Positions 26,401 through 35,526 are shown, numbered from the stretch's first letter. The stretch: 35,858 nucleotides of DNA from Anaerolineales bacterium (GCA_046260155.1 JBJYXV010000101.1:1-35858), one strand, 5' to 3'. Translations and numbers: made by a program. The notes: generated by a model not told the origin, from the letters alone.

Positions 26401-27717
26401 CTGCAAGCCTCCAGAACCATCCGCCAGATAGAGATTCTGACCCTCAATCGCCGCCAGATGAGCTTCACCGGGCGAATCTATTACCGCGACTTCGGTCACG
26501 CTCAGATCGCCCCCAGCAGTAGATTCAAGCGTTAATACCTGCAATCCCGCAGCGCCATCCGCGAAATAGATAAAATCTCCTGCGATAGTGACCCCGTTTG
26601 CGGCTCCAGGGCTATCATAGTTCGCAATTTCTACCGGCACGGCCGGGTTGCTGATATCGATCACCTGCAGACCCTGGTTGGCGTTGGTCACAAAAGCATA
26701 TTCATCCTTAACTGCCACAGACTGTAAATTCCCCTGCTGTTGTTCGGTGCCGGAAATCCTCTGCAGAGATAAATCTAGCTCCACATCCACCACGTACAAG
26801 GCGCTATCTTTATCCGATAAATATACGCCGCCTTCATTCACCTCGACCTGGTTTGCGTACAGGGGTTTTGAAAAATAACCCACTTCTTCCACCGCATTCT
26901 CATCAGACAGGTCATAGACCAGCATTCCATTTTCCCCATCCGCGAGGAAAGCAATGGTGCCCAGCGTTACAGCCACATCCTGGAGATTCCCCGGTGTTTC
27001 GATACTGGACAGAATTGCCGGCTGGGCGGGATCGGAGATATCAACCGTCATTAACCCATTTGAACCCAATGCCAGGTAAATCCTGGATTCGGAGATATCC
27101 ATATCCTGGATATCTGCGCCAACGTCCAGGACTGCAACTTCTACTGGCTGGAGTGGCTTTGAGATATTGATCACTCTCAACTGGTTCTGGTTATCCCCCA
27201 AATATGCGAACTTGCCCTGTACAACCACCCGCCTTACATTACCAGCGACCTTTAAACTGCCTGACAACTTCGGCGCATTCTTGTTCCCTACATCAAGTAT
27301 TAACAATCCGGGATTACCGTTTGCAACGTAGGCAGTGTCGCGTACGACGGCAACATCACTTGCAAAACCCCCGTTGTCGAAGGCACTGATCTCCCGAGGT
27401 GAGGTTGGATTTCCCGCGTCAATGATCCTTAGGCCTGCGCGGCCATCGGCAACATACACATACTGGCCCGAGACTGCTACCCCACTTGCATGCCCGGTGG
27501 TATCGAAAGATCCAATTTCACCTGGCTGCTCTGCGAGTGATACATCGACAATCACCAAGCCCGCTCTCCCGAGTACCATGTAGGCCAGGTTCCCCACAAC
27601 TTTCAAGTCATTAACCGGTTCTGCGGGACGAGCGAGGAAGAGATACAAACCTACCACCCCCAAGAAAATGAAGAGGCTTGGTCTCCAAAGACGGCGTTTG
27701 CGAGGTTGTTCGCTCAT
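23500..27717 (-). CDS. giant (about 1405 aa) membrane protein: N-terminal signal-anchor, at least 18 LVIVD beta-propeller repeats, a second TM helix, then a roughly 480-aa C-terminal domain
   Basis: Repeated xAYVADGxxGLRIIDISNPxxP units (LVIVD repeat). TM helix FFDVLVVGVGGLLIWLAFFAQFVL at about residue 900. The C-terminal domain is a paralog of the downstream 518-aa protein. Alternative TTG start at 27738. Confidence 0.75.
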   Translation of the reverse strand: MSEQPRKRRLWRPSLFIFLGVVGLYLFLARPAEPVNDLKVVGNLAYMVLGRAGLVIVDVSLAEQPGEIGSFDTTGHASGVAVSGQYVYVADGRAGLRIIDAGNPTSPREISAFDNGGFASDVAVVRDTAYVANGNPGLLILDVGNKNAPKLSGSLKVAGNVRRVVVQGKFAYLGDNQNQLRVINISKPLQPVEVAVLDVGADIQDMDISESRIYLALGSNGLMTVDISDPAQPAILSSIETPGNLQDVAVTLGTIAFLADGENGMLVYDLSDENAVEEVGYFSKPLYANQVEVNEGGVYLSDKDSALYVVDVELDLSLQRISGTEQQQGNLQSVAVKDEYAFVTNANQGLQVIDISNPAVPVEIANYDSPGAANGVTIAGDFIYFADGAAGLQVLTLESTAGGDLSVTEVAVIDSPGEAHLAAIEGQNLYLADGSGGLQIIGMANPSQPVLLGSEQTPGTATGIAVLGEYAYVADGDSGLRIINILDSAKPAEVGFIDTPGEARAVAVELENGQESRILAYVADGDGGLRVIDATNPQVPVEIGAYTGYETVIDVVLSGNQAYLAAGGWGFRVVDISDPGNIAETGVLNTPGEAYGLAALGETAYVADNTRGMRIIDISNPTEPFEVGFYDIPRIVRNVKVAGAYAYLTDLNSGFRSADVSDPRYLKQVGHYDQGGIVEDITIQGDVAYLADSFGLQTVNISQVNQAAYLGEVTTSGKANAVYVDDELAYFTDSVSGLYIANVSDPANLNLLSQHQTPGAARDVFVADQYAYIADGEAGLMIVNVADPYDPITTSLIDQFQNANSVVVSGDYAYLADGPNGIWVINISKPVAPETIAYIDTPGTVLDLAISGFYLFAADGEAGLQVVNILNPGDPSLVSGIELDGNSLNLDTEWAKGAEAAPGNFFIYVAKGDRGLEIITADKDITAVTAGLYETPGMAPLKQVIEQLPILGSPGTEKSLRTVRQTFFDVLVVGVGGLLIWLAFFAQFVLPLNRLGERAAAFNRLVRYLVGSHGTMMRIENGKLIQGLGDRKSKNPGVALLDTASAAMLRTKTEFKRAIGPGVVFTSGEEFVHQEGMDLHTQVKPLPPLGPLPADDPFAPWNRKRETEQEFQLRQDRRQKTSGFTRDAVEIVPNILAIVKTKTLPGQGGTRFGFNPESVQLAITREGVVPNDLRNVPWFEVPALLAVDLWREYLGKFKLLDLFSTTSNIDPQAMSVDGEHAAQRFAAVGETGLETILRMVKLRLTQAEVPKLDEYGQEVPGNQISREFTILEEMGVQVRDVSISGFRFPRTVESQLVQQWMSSWLDRAITEREVVESKRNLAEEVGRETALIDFASTVTQNISQALVDDDGNSLPFDDLSRPDLTSSLEMLVSSTQQLLKRRTRLHQWLTDEEAEILKILAWIRS

Positions 27718-27996
27718 GCTGGAATGATTGTATAACAAAACTCAAAATTAGGGGAATTCACTTCGCAGCTGGTGATAAAATCATAGCAAGCTGGCTGCAA
27801 TCATAAAACCAGCAGCAGATGGTTCGCATGTAGAATTCGTCAGGACAAGCAATCGCGCCCAAATCAAGGAAAAGATCCTCATCCAACCTTGGTAATCCGG
27901 TATGTTAATTGCACATCAACTAGATCGTCGGGTGCAGAACGGAAACCTGCTTCGATCTGTATTTCCAAATTACTAATTTCTGCGGAGAGCTAACTA

Positions 27997-29208
27997 ATGA
28001 CCGAATTTTCTGGAAAAGGGAAGGTTGCCGTCCTCAAAACCACACCGGAAACCGTATTAGATGATATTGAAAAATTAATGCAGCTGGCAGACTATCGCTT
28101 TGCATTACCCAAGGATGTTCAAACGGGGTTGAAGATCAACATCTCCTGGCAAACCTGGTACCCTGCCTGCTCTACAACACCCTGGCAGCTGGAAGGGGTT
28201 ATCAGGGCTCTGAAGAATGAAGGTTACACGGACCTGGTAGGAGTTCACAACGACACCGTGGTGGTCAATACGGAAGATGCCGAGGTAAACAACAAGCACA
28301 AGCTGATCACTGACCAGTACGATATCCCCTGCCTTTACCTCTATAATGAAGATTTCGAGTGGATACAATACGAACCCAAACGCCCCTTGTTAGTGCTCGA
28401 TAAGGTTTACCCAGACGGCATATTCATCCCTAAGGCTTTGATTGGGATGAATATCGTCCACCTGCCGACGGTTAAAACCCACGTGTTTACCACGATCACA
28501 GGTGCGATGAAGAACGCCTTTGGTGGCTTACTGCATCGCAACCGCCATTGGACCCACGCGGTGATTCATGACACCGTGGTCGACCTGCTCGCCATCCAGC
28601 AGGACATTCACCCGGGTATTTTCGCCGTCATGGATGGCACTTTCGCCGGAGATGGTCCTGGACCTAGGGCAATGCGCTGGCACGAGAAGAATATCCTGCT
28701 CGCCTCTGCGGACCAGGTAGCGATCGATGCTGTCTCAGCGAAACTGCAGGGATTCGACCCGCTCAGCCTGCGCTTTATCCGCAAGGCGCATGAACTGGAC
28801 CTGGGTGTTGGCGACCCCAACCAGATTGAGATCGTTGGCTACAATATCGAGCAGGAACCCCCCTGGAATTTCAAGCGCGAAGACACCTTTGCTAGCCGCG
28901 GGCAGCACATGATTTACCACGGCCCGTTGAAACCGTTCGAGAAGCTGCTGCTGCAAACACCCCTCGTCCCCTGGGCATATTTTGCCAGCAATTTCTACCA
29001 CAATGTTTACTGGTATCCCTTCGTAGGGCGCAAACGTGTGCAGTCTGCTCTGGATACACAATGGGGCAAACTCTTCCAATCCTATGGTGACGGAACCGTA
29101 GTCATGCCCGGCATGGAGCCAAAAACAGTCATGCAGGCCGTGGCTGGATTAACGATCCTGACTGCTGCTGCGCTGGGTACGGCTTACCTTCTTCGCAGAA
29201 GGAATTAA
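27997..29208 (+). CDS. DUF362 domain-containing protein with C-terminal TM anchor
   Basis: KVAVLKTTPETVLDDIEKLMQLADYRFALPKDVQTGLKINISWQTWYPACSTTPWQLEGVIRAL matches the DUF362 N-terminal pattern. C-terminal hydrophobic helix AVAGLTILTAAALGTAYLL. SD GGAGAG upstream. Confidence 0.6.
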   Translation: MTEFSGKGKVAVLKTTPETVLDDIEKLMQLADYRFALPKDVQTGLKINISWQTWYPACSTTPWQLEGVIRALKNEGYTDLVGVHNDTVVVNTEDAEVNNKHKLITDQYDIPCLYLYNEDFEWIQYEPKRPLLVLDKVYPDGIFIPKALIGMNIVHLPTVKTHVFTTITGAMKNAFGGLLHRNRHWTHAVIHDTVVDLLAIQQDIHPGIFAVMDGTFAGDGPGPRAMRWHEKNILLASADQVAIDAVSAKLQGFDPLSLRFIRKAHELDLGVGDPNQIEIVGYNIEQEPPWNFKREDTFASRGQHMIYHGPLKPFEKLLLQTPLVPWAYFASNFYHNVYWYPFVGRKRVQSALDTQWGKLFQSYGDGTVVMPGMEPKTVMQAVAGLTILTAAALGTAYLLRRRN

Positions 29209-29319
29209 TCACCTCCAGTTAGGAACCTTGACGATTGACGCACGGCCACCTGCGTCAATCTTTTCTCGAGATTTTGCTCCCTGAATCCCGTTGATTCGTG
29301 ATTGTTTCTTCCTTTATTT

Positions 29320-30354
29320 ATGGTTGAAGATTCTCTGCACCACCAAGCAGACACACAAGAAAAAACTGCTTCACCGGTTTCGCGCAAGCTCATTTATGGG
29401 CTGCTGTTCGGATTCCTGGTCTTTGTCGCCCTGATCCTGGTGGGAGATATCCGCCAAATCGGTGCCGAAGTGCGCAGCTTCCCCTGGCAGATCATGCCGG
29501 TAGTCCTTGGCCTGACCCTTTGGAATTACCTGCTGCGCTTCATTAAATGGCATTACTTCCTGCAAAAAGTAGAAGTACCCAACTTATCAATCTTGGATAG
29601 CGCCAGGCTTTTCGTGGCAGGTTTCCCACTGGCAGTCACTCCAGCCAAGGTCGGGGAAACCTTGAAAGGAGTCTGGTTGAACCAATTGACAGGGTTCCCG
29701 ACCGCGCGCGGTGTTTCCGTGGTTCTCGCAGAGCGCATCAGTGATGGACTGGCGATGCTGGTGCTCTCCACCGTGGGTGTGATCGCTTACCGGCGCTACT
29801 GGCCTGCCTTCGCCATCGTGCTGGGTCTGCTGCTGGGCGCAGTGATCATTTCACAAATCCGGCCGCTGGCTCATTATTTGCTCAGCTGGGGACCGCGCAT
29901 TCCCCTGGTCCGGCGGTTTGCCAATTCGATCAACGAATTTTACGAAGGCACCTTCACCCTGTTCAAGCCATGGACAACCTTCGTATCTGTCAGCCTGGGA
30001 ACGATATCGTGGATGGCGGAAGGTGTTGGCTTCTATTTGATCCTGGTTGGTTTAGGGGTTACACCTGGCGTGGGTACACTTTCCATCGCCATCTTCGTGC
30101 TTTCTTTTTCGACCGTGATTGGGGCTGTTTCAGCATTACCAGGAGGTTTGCTGGCTGCGGATGCATCCATCGTGGGTATGTTGGTGTTACTGCTGGGCAT
30201 GGATACCAACACCGCTGCTGCGGCGACCCTTTTGATCCGCTTTGCTACCTTGTGGTTTGGGGTAGGGATCGGTTTCATAACCTGGTTCTTCTCGCGTGAT
30301 CTGCTCACCATGCGCCTTACCCAGCCCCTGTCCCAAAACTCACCAAGGGAATAA
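29320..30354 (+). CDS. UPF0104 / lysylphosphatidylglycerol-synthase-TM-like (flippase-like) integral membrane protein
   Basis: About 8 TM helices with the characteristic pattern (LWNYLLRFIKWHYFL...FVAGFPLAVTPAKVGETLKG...RFATLWFGVGIGF). The TTG at 29302 is the alternative start. Confidence 0.6.
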   Translation: MVEDSLHHQADTQEKTASPVSRKLIYGLLFGFLVFVALILVGDIRQIGAEVRSFPWQIMPVVLGLTLWNYLLRFIKWHYFLQKVEVPNLSILDSARLFVAGFPLAVTPAKVGETLKGVWLNQLTGFPTARGVSVVLAERISDGLAMLVLSTVGVIAYRRYWPAFAIVLGLLLGAVIISQIRPLAHYLLSWGPRIPLVRRFANSINEFYEGTFTLFKPWTTFVSVSLGTISWMAEGVGFYLILVGLGVTPGVGTLSIAIFVLSFSTVIGAVSALPGGLLAADASIVGMLVLLLGMDTNTAAAATLLIRFATLWFGVGIGFITWFFSRDLLTMRLTQPLSQNSPRE

Positions 30355-30424
30355 AAGCCCTGATAGAATAACACCTCGGTCCTTCGAAATACTCATTCAC
30401 CCATGACTGCAGACCTGGAGAATT

Positions 30425-31087
30425 ATGCTGCGCATCGAGACCCACTGCCACACGATTTACTCGAAAGACAGCCTGGTGCGTCCTGAAGATCTGCTCAAGA
30501 GCTGCGAGAAGAAAGGCATTGACCGGATCGTGATCACCGATCACAACACTACGCGCGGGGCTTTTGAAACGCGCAAACTCGATTCCCAGCGGGTGATCAT
30601 CGGCGAAGAAATCATGACCACCAAAGGCGAGCTGTTGGCTGCCTATATGCAGGAAGAAATTCCACGCGGGCTCTCGCCAGAAGAGACCATCGCATGCCTG
30701 CGCGACCAGGGAGCTTTTATCAGCGTCTCCCACCCATTCGACCAGCTGCGCAGTGGGCACTGGCAGGAAGAAGATTTGCTGGCCATCGCACCTCTGGTGG
30801 ATGCGATTGAGGTCTTCAACGCGCGCTGCATATCCCCGGATTACAATCGCAGGGCGAGGGAATTCGCACAGCGGTACAACCTGGCAGGTACTGCAGGCTC
30901 GGATGCCCATTCCAATTTCGAACTGGGCCGGGCTGCCATGCTGCTGCCTGATTTCAACGATGCACAGAGTTTAATCTCAGTCTTACCTGAGGTTAAATTT
31001 GAGACCCGGCTCTCCTCACCTTTTGTCCATTTCACGTCTCGTTATGCCGTCTGGTATAAGCAGGCTTTTAAGCCTCCTGTACCTTGA
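30425..31087 (+). CDS. PHP-domain metal-dependent phosphoesterase
   Basis: N-terminal ETHCHTIYSKDS...RIVITDHNT plus later His/Asp motifs (SVSHPFD, GSDAHS) typical of PHP. SD GGAG upstream. Confidence 0.75.
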   Translation: MLRIETHCHTIYSKDSLVRPEDLLKSCEKKGIDRIVITDHNTTRGAFETRKLDSQRVIIGEEIMTTKGELLAAYMQEEIPRGLSPEETIACLRDQGAFISVSHPFDQLRSGHWQEEDLLAIAPLVDAIEVFNARCISPDYNRRAREFAQRYNLAGTAGSDAHSNFELGRAAMLLPDFNDAQSLISVLPEVKFETRLSSPFVHFTSRYAVWYKQAFKPPVP

Positions 31088-31122
31088 CCAGAAACCAGTT
31101 CTGTGTAGAATTAGGATCAAGT

Positions 31123-31206
31123 GGAGCGGTGGCGGAATTGGCAGACGCAGGGGACTTAAAATCCCCCGGTAGTAATACCGTGTGGGTTCGACCCCCACCC
31201 GCTCTA
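31123..31206 (+). tRNA. tRNA-Leu (anticodon TAA), type II with long variable arm
   Basis: GGAGCGG-TG-GCGGAATTGGCAGACGC-A-GGGGA-CTTAAAA-TCCCC-CGGTAGTAATACCGTG-GTGGG-TTCGACC-CCCAC-CCGCTCT-A. The acceptor pairs with one G.U. The D-arm is typical of tRNA-Leu. Confidence 0.85.
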
Positions 31207-31261
31207 CTTTTTCTACTTTTAGTGGGGATTTTCGGGGAAAAATCCGAATATTTGGAGAATT

Positions 31262-31290
31262 CGGCACACGGAAAGGAGTGTGCCGTTGTG
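31262..31290 (+). terminator. GC-rich hairpin plus U-rich tail downstream of tRNA-Leu
   Basis: cggcacac-ggaaagga-gtgtgccg (8-bp stem) followed by ttgtgttt. Confidence 0.4.
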
Positions 31291-31966
31291 TTTAACCATA
31301 TCGAGACCCAGGGGATTATCACAAATACTTTAGTCGATGATTACTTACTAACCTTGATGGAGGTGTTCATAATAGACAGCAAAATCCGTGGATTAGCAGA
31401 TGGGACGCTACGATTCTGCTATGATTATTAGATACAGGCGCGCGGGCGAGCGAATTTCAGCCATAATTTAATTTGCAATATGGACAAATATGGGTATAAA
31501 CTAATGATCATTGCAAGAATATAGGCCGGGTCCGGTGGACCATAAACTTGTTCCTGCTCAAATCAACAAACACACTGAAGTAGAACACGCAATCAATGAT
31601 TCTTGCGTTATAAATATTCTTGGTGATAATTGTTATATCTAACTAAGTCAGCATTTAGAAATCTGGAAGCGAATTTTTTTCACCAAATGACCATCAGCAA
31701 TGGAGATCTAGATGCGTTTCTGGGCTTGGTCGGTCTATAGACTTGAGTGATGCCCAATATGAATAGCCATAATCTCAAAGAATTTATTAATATCCAACTT
31801 AAGATAGACATTCAGCCATTTAATTTGGTATTTTCTGCGGACTTATTCTCATCAGGTGTTGATTTTCATTATTACAAAATGGAATAAAGAACTGCTCAAT
31901 TGAATGGGCGTCTACCTTTCTAGTAAATTATGGAATAGACAGGAGAACAAATAAAGGAGAATAAAT

Positions 31967-33766
31967 ATGAGTGAGGTTAAAGCGAAAGAACATGCAGACA
32001 ATACTGGTAGGCTGGCGCGTTATCTGCCAATCATCAGTTGGCTGCCAAATTACGATAGGGCATGGCTGAAGACGGATATCATCGCCGGTTTGTCCGTGTG
32101 GGCTTTAATGGTGCCCACCTCCCTGGGATACGCCACGATCAGCGGGGTACCGGTGCAGTATGGCTTATACGCTGCTGCAGTGGGGTTGATCGCATTTGCC
32201 CTCTTCACCACCTCCAAACAGGTCACCCAGGGTCCCAGCTCATCTACAGCCGCAGTCCTCGGTGCATCTGTGCTTTCCTTGACTGCAGCGGGCTCCGATG
32301 ATGCAGTCACAGTGGCTTCCGCAATCGTGCTGGTAGCAGGTATTCTCTTTATTATCATGTATTTATTAAAGATGGGATGGATCTCGGAATTCCTGTCAGC
32401 CAGCGTGCTGACCGGGTTCACCTTCGGAGTGGCGATCAGCATCGCAGCCGGGGAGCTCTTCAAGATCACCGGGACGGAGTCCGCCGGTACGAACACCTGG
32501 ACGAAGCTGTGGACGTGGATCACAAGCCTACCAGAGACCAGCATACCAACTCTGATGGTGGGGATTTTTGCGCTCATCTTGATCTTTGGGATCAAGGTAT
32601 TTATCCCTAAAGTTCCTGGCGCGCTGGTTACTGTCGCGCTGGGCATCGGCGCTACGATGATATTCAACCTGGGTGATCTGGGCGTGGAGTTGATTGGTGA
32701 GGTGCCTCGTGGTCTGCCCAGTTTCACCCTGCCAGATCTGAGCCTGATCCTGGATAACCTTGGGTTGATCGTGGGATCTGCGATGGGGTTGCTTCTGATC
32801 GGTTTTTCAGTCACCACGGCAGCTGTACGCGAATACGCCAATAAGCATAAGTATCGGATTGATATCAACCAGGAGCTGCTTGCGCAAGGTATGTCCAATG
32901 TCTCTTCGGGTTTGTTTCAGGGGGTATTTGACAACGGCAGTCTATCCAAAAGCCCGGTCAACGACCAGGCAGGTGCAAAATCACAAATATCTAACCTATC
33001 TCAGGCAGTGCTGATCCTCCTGACGTTGATGTTCCTGGCACCTTTATTCTCCAATCTACCTGAGGCCGTTTTGGGGGCGGTCATCATCGAAGCCGTTATG
33101 ATGGGCATGATGGATGTACCGGAAATGATGCGCGTCTATAAAGTGAAACGTTTTGAGTTCTGGATTGCAATGGCAGCCCTATTAGGCGTGGTCACATTTG
33201 GTATCCTGCAGGGGGTTGTCATTGGTGTAGTTTTATCCATCTTCTGGCTCGTGGCAGTATCTGCCTTGCCCAATATACCGGAACTGGGAAGGAAAATCGG
33301 GACCCTGGACTTCATGGGATTGGAAGACCATCCTGATGTACAAACCTTCCCTGGTTTGAGTATCCTGCGTTTCGATGGAGGTCTCTTTTTTGTCAATGCG
33401 GCCGCTTTGGAAGATCGTCTGATGGAATTAAACACACAGGCAGTTCAACCACTCAACGGGGTGATCATAGATTTGGAAGGTGTCAATTTTATCGATGTTG
33501 AAGGTGCAGATGTGATTAAGAAGATCGCACAGACAGGTGCGGCGCATCATGTTGACCTCCATCTGGTGAATTTGAAATCGGCGGTAACAAATATACTGGA
33601 AAAAGATGGAGTAATCGATTTGGTGGGCACTGACCATATCCATGACAACATCCCCATCGCTGTAGTCAGGCATTTAAAGAAATTCCCAGAAGACAGAGTA
33701 GATTTTCAGGACATAGTGGACTTATTGGAGAAATCGAAATCCGAAGGTAGTGTAGAAAATGACTGA
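31967..33766 (+). CDS. SulP-family anion (sulfate) permease with C-terminal STAS domain
   Basis: SulP N-terminal motifs (DIIAGLSVWALMVPTSLGYATISGVPVQYGLYAA). About 10-12 TM helices. STAS-like C-terminus (GLSILRFDGGLFFVNAAALEDRL). SD AAAGGAG upstream. Confidence 0.85.
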   Translation: MSEVKAKEHADNTGRLARYLPIISWLPNYDRAWLKTDIIAGLSVWALMVPTSLGYATISGVPVQYGLYAAAVGLIAFALFTTSKQVTQGPSSSTAAVLGASVLSLTAAGSDDAVTVASAIVLVAGILFIIMYLLKMGWISEFLSASVLTGFTFGVAISIAAGELFKITGTESAGTNTWTKLWTWITSLPETSIPTLMVGIFALILIFGIKVFIPKVPGALVTVALGIGATMIFNLGDLGVELIGEVPRGLPSFTLPDLSLILDNLGLIVGSAMGLLLIGFSVTTAAVREYANKHKYRIDINQELLAQGMSNVSSGLFQGVFDNGSLSKSPVNDQAGAKSQISNLSQAVLILLTLMFLAPLFSNLPEAVLGAVIIEAVMMGMMDVPEMMRVYKVKRFEFWIAMAALLGVVTFGILQGVVIGVVLSIFWLVAVSALPNIPELGRKIGTLDFMGLEDHPDVQTFPGLSILRFDGGLFFVNAAALEDRLMELNTQAVQPLNGVIIDLEGVNFIDVEGADVIKKIAQTGAAHHVDLHLVNLKSAVTNILEKDGVIDLVGTDHIHDNIPIAVVRHLKKFPEDRVDFQDIVDLLEKSKSEGSVEND

Positions 33767-35162
33767 GAAAATTGTAAATAACAAGCAGCTTGCGATTAGT
33801 GAACGTCGTGCACTGGGCAAGAATCATCGTAAGCTCGTCCCGCGCAGCAGTCATGCGGAATGGACATCCGCGACCAACCGCGCCGATCCCATCAAACTGC
33901 TCCAGGCGCAGGACAAGGGACGCCTTCAGGAACTGCTGCCGATTAAGTATGGGCGCATGGTCGCCTCCCCTTTTGCATTTTATCGCGGCTCGGCAGTCGT
34001 AATGGCTTCCGATTTAGCCCCCACACCTGTCTCAGGTCTGGATGTGATCCTGTGCGGTGATGCCCACCTGTCCAATTTCGGTATCTTCGCAACCCCGGAA
34101 CGCAACCTGGTCTTTGACATCAATGACTTCGATGAGGTGTACCCGGGCCCCTGGGAGTGGGATCTCAAACGGCTGGCAGCCAGTGCTGTTCTGGCAGGTA
34201 GAGAAAACGGCTTTGGCGAGAAGGAATGCCGTAACCTGGCACGGTTAACTGCCAGGTCTTATCGTGAAGCGATGCAGCGCTTTGCTGACGCGGCGATTCT
34301 GGACGTGTGGTATTTCCATGTTGACACGGATTCCGTGCTGAATCTGTTCGATAAATTTGCGAAAGAGAGCGCCAAACAGGCAAAAAAATCGGTTGAGAAA
34401 GCGGAAAGCAGGACCAGTCAAAAAGAGATGCGCAATCTCACCCAGGTGGTCAATGGCAAGCGGCAGTTTGTAAACAACCCACCTCTTGTGCAGCGCTTGG
34501 ACGACCTGCTCAGCGAAGAGCAGAAAGCCAAGGTCACCCGCCAGGACCTGGAGAGTGATTGGATTGCGTACATCAACAGCCTGGCCGAGGAAAGACGCCT
34601 GCTGCTTGAGCGCTTCCGGATAACAGATGCAGCACTGCGGGTGGGCGGTGTGGGCAGTGTTGGTACCCGTTGTTCCATACTTATGCTGGAGGGAGACACC
34701 GAGCAGGATGCACTGATCCTCCAGCAGAAGGAGGCTGGTCCTTCAGCCCTCTCTGCATACCTGCCCGAGAGGCAATTCACCAACCAGGCGGAGCGCGTTG
34801 TGATCGGGCAGCGGGCGATGCAGGCTGCTTCGGACATCTTTCTCGGGTGGCATAAGAGCACCTTGACCGGCACCCCATACTATTGGCGACAGCTAAAAGA
34901 TAAAAAAGGCTCCTTTGAGATGCAGAAACTGGATTTGGATGGTATGGGCACCTATCTTGCGGTTTGCAGCATCTGCCTGGCACGCGCCCATGCCCGCACG
35001 GGAGACAGCGCCTGGATCAGCGGTTACCTGGGCAGCGGGACCGTTTTTGATAAAGCGATTAGTGAATTTGCAGTCGCCTATGCAGACCAGGTCAAGCAGG
35101 ATTATCAGTTGCTTGTAGATGCCGTAAACAGCGGCCAGGTCGTCGCTCAAAAAGGCGTCTGA
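33759..35162 (+). CDS. DUF2252 domain-containing protein
   Basis: MVASPFAFYRGSAVVMASDLA...LCGDAHLSNFGIFATPERNLVFDINDFDE is the DUF2252 hallmark. An 8-nt overlap with the SulP gene (coupled). Confidence 0.7.
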   Translation: MTEKIVNNKQLAISERRALGKNHRKLVPRSSHAEWTSATNRADPIKLLQAQDKGRLQELLPIKYGRMVASPFAFYRGSAVVMASDLAPTPVSGLDVILCGDAHLSNFGIFATPERNLVFDINDFDEVYPGPWEWDLKRLAASAVLAGRENGFGEKECRNLARLTARSYREAMQRFADAAILDVWYFHVDTDSVLNLFDKFAKESAKQAKKSVEKAESRTSQKEMRNLTQVVNGKRQFVNNPPLVQRLDDLLSEEQKAKVTRQDLESDWIAYINSLAEERRLLLERFRITDAALRVGGVGSVGTRCSILMLEGDTEQDALILQQKEAGPSALSAYLPERQFTNQAERVVIGQRAMQAASDIFLGWHKSTLTGTPYYWRQLKDKKGSFEMQKLDLDGMGTYLAVCSICLARAHARTGDSAWISGYLGSGTVFDKAISEFAVAYADQVKQDYQLLVDAVNSGQVVAQKGV

Positions 35163-35178
35163 TCGATTATAGAAAAGA

Positions 35179-35526
35179 TTGGATATGGAACCAATCAAAG
35201 AGACCAAGAATATTCCAGGGGAAAGCTGGGTTGATTTTTGTGAAACTTTCACCACCGCCAACCGAGGCAGGAGAATATACATAAAGCATGTCGATGAAGA
35301 GGATGGCGAGAGATTGGCAGAAGGAACGATTTTTTCAGCCATCGACTACGATCCTGAGGATAAAGGTGATCTCTTCATCGTATCGTACGGCAACCAGGCA
35401 CCCTTGACCACCCACGTCGTGGACATGCCACTGGAATTGTGGCAAGCCCAAAACGAGGTAGCAAAGGTGATCCTGCTCCAAATCATTGATGCTGAAGAGA
35501 AGAAATTAATGATTGAATTCGTTTGA
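35179..35526 (+). CDS. small hypothetical protein (115 aa; start TTG at 35179 or ATG at 35185)
   Basis: ORF with acidic, globular-looking sequence. No recognizable motif. Confidence 0.35.
   Translation: MDMEPIKETKNIPGESWVDFCETFTTANRGRRIYIKHVDEEDGERLAEGTIFSAIDYDPEDKGDLFIVSYGNQAPLTTHVVDMPLELWQAQNEVAKVILLQIIDAEEKKLMIEFV

Noticed and set aside
31016-31431. ORFs of 83-115 aa overlapping tRNA-Leu
   Set aside because: They span a canonical tRNA cloverleaf and its terminator. There is no coding signal.
32050-32898. 282-aa minus-strand ORF inside SulP
   Set aside because: Antisense to a gene with strong SulP motifs and TM periodicity.
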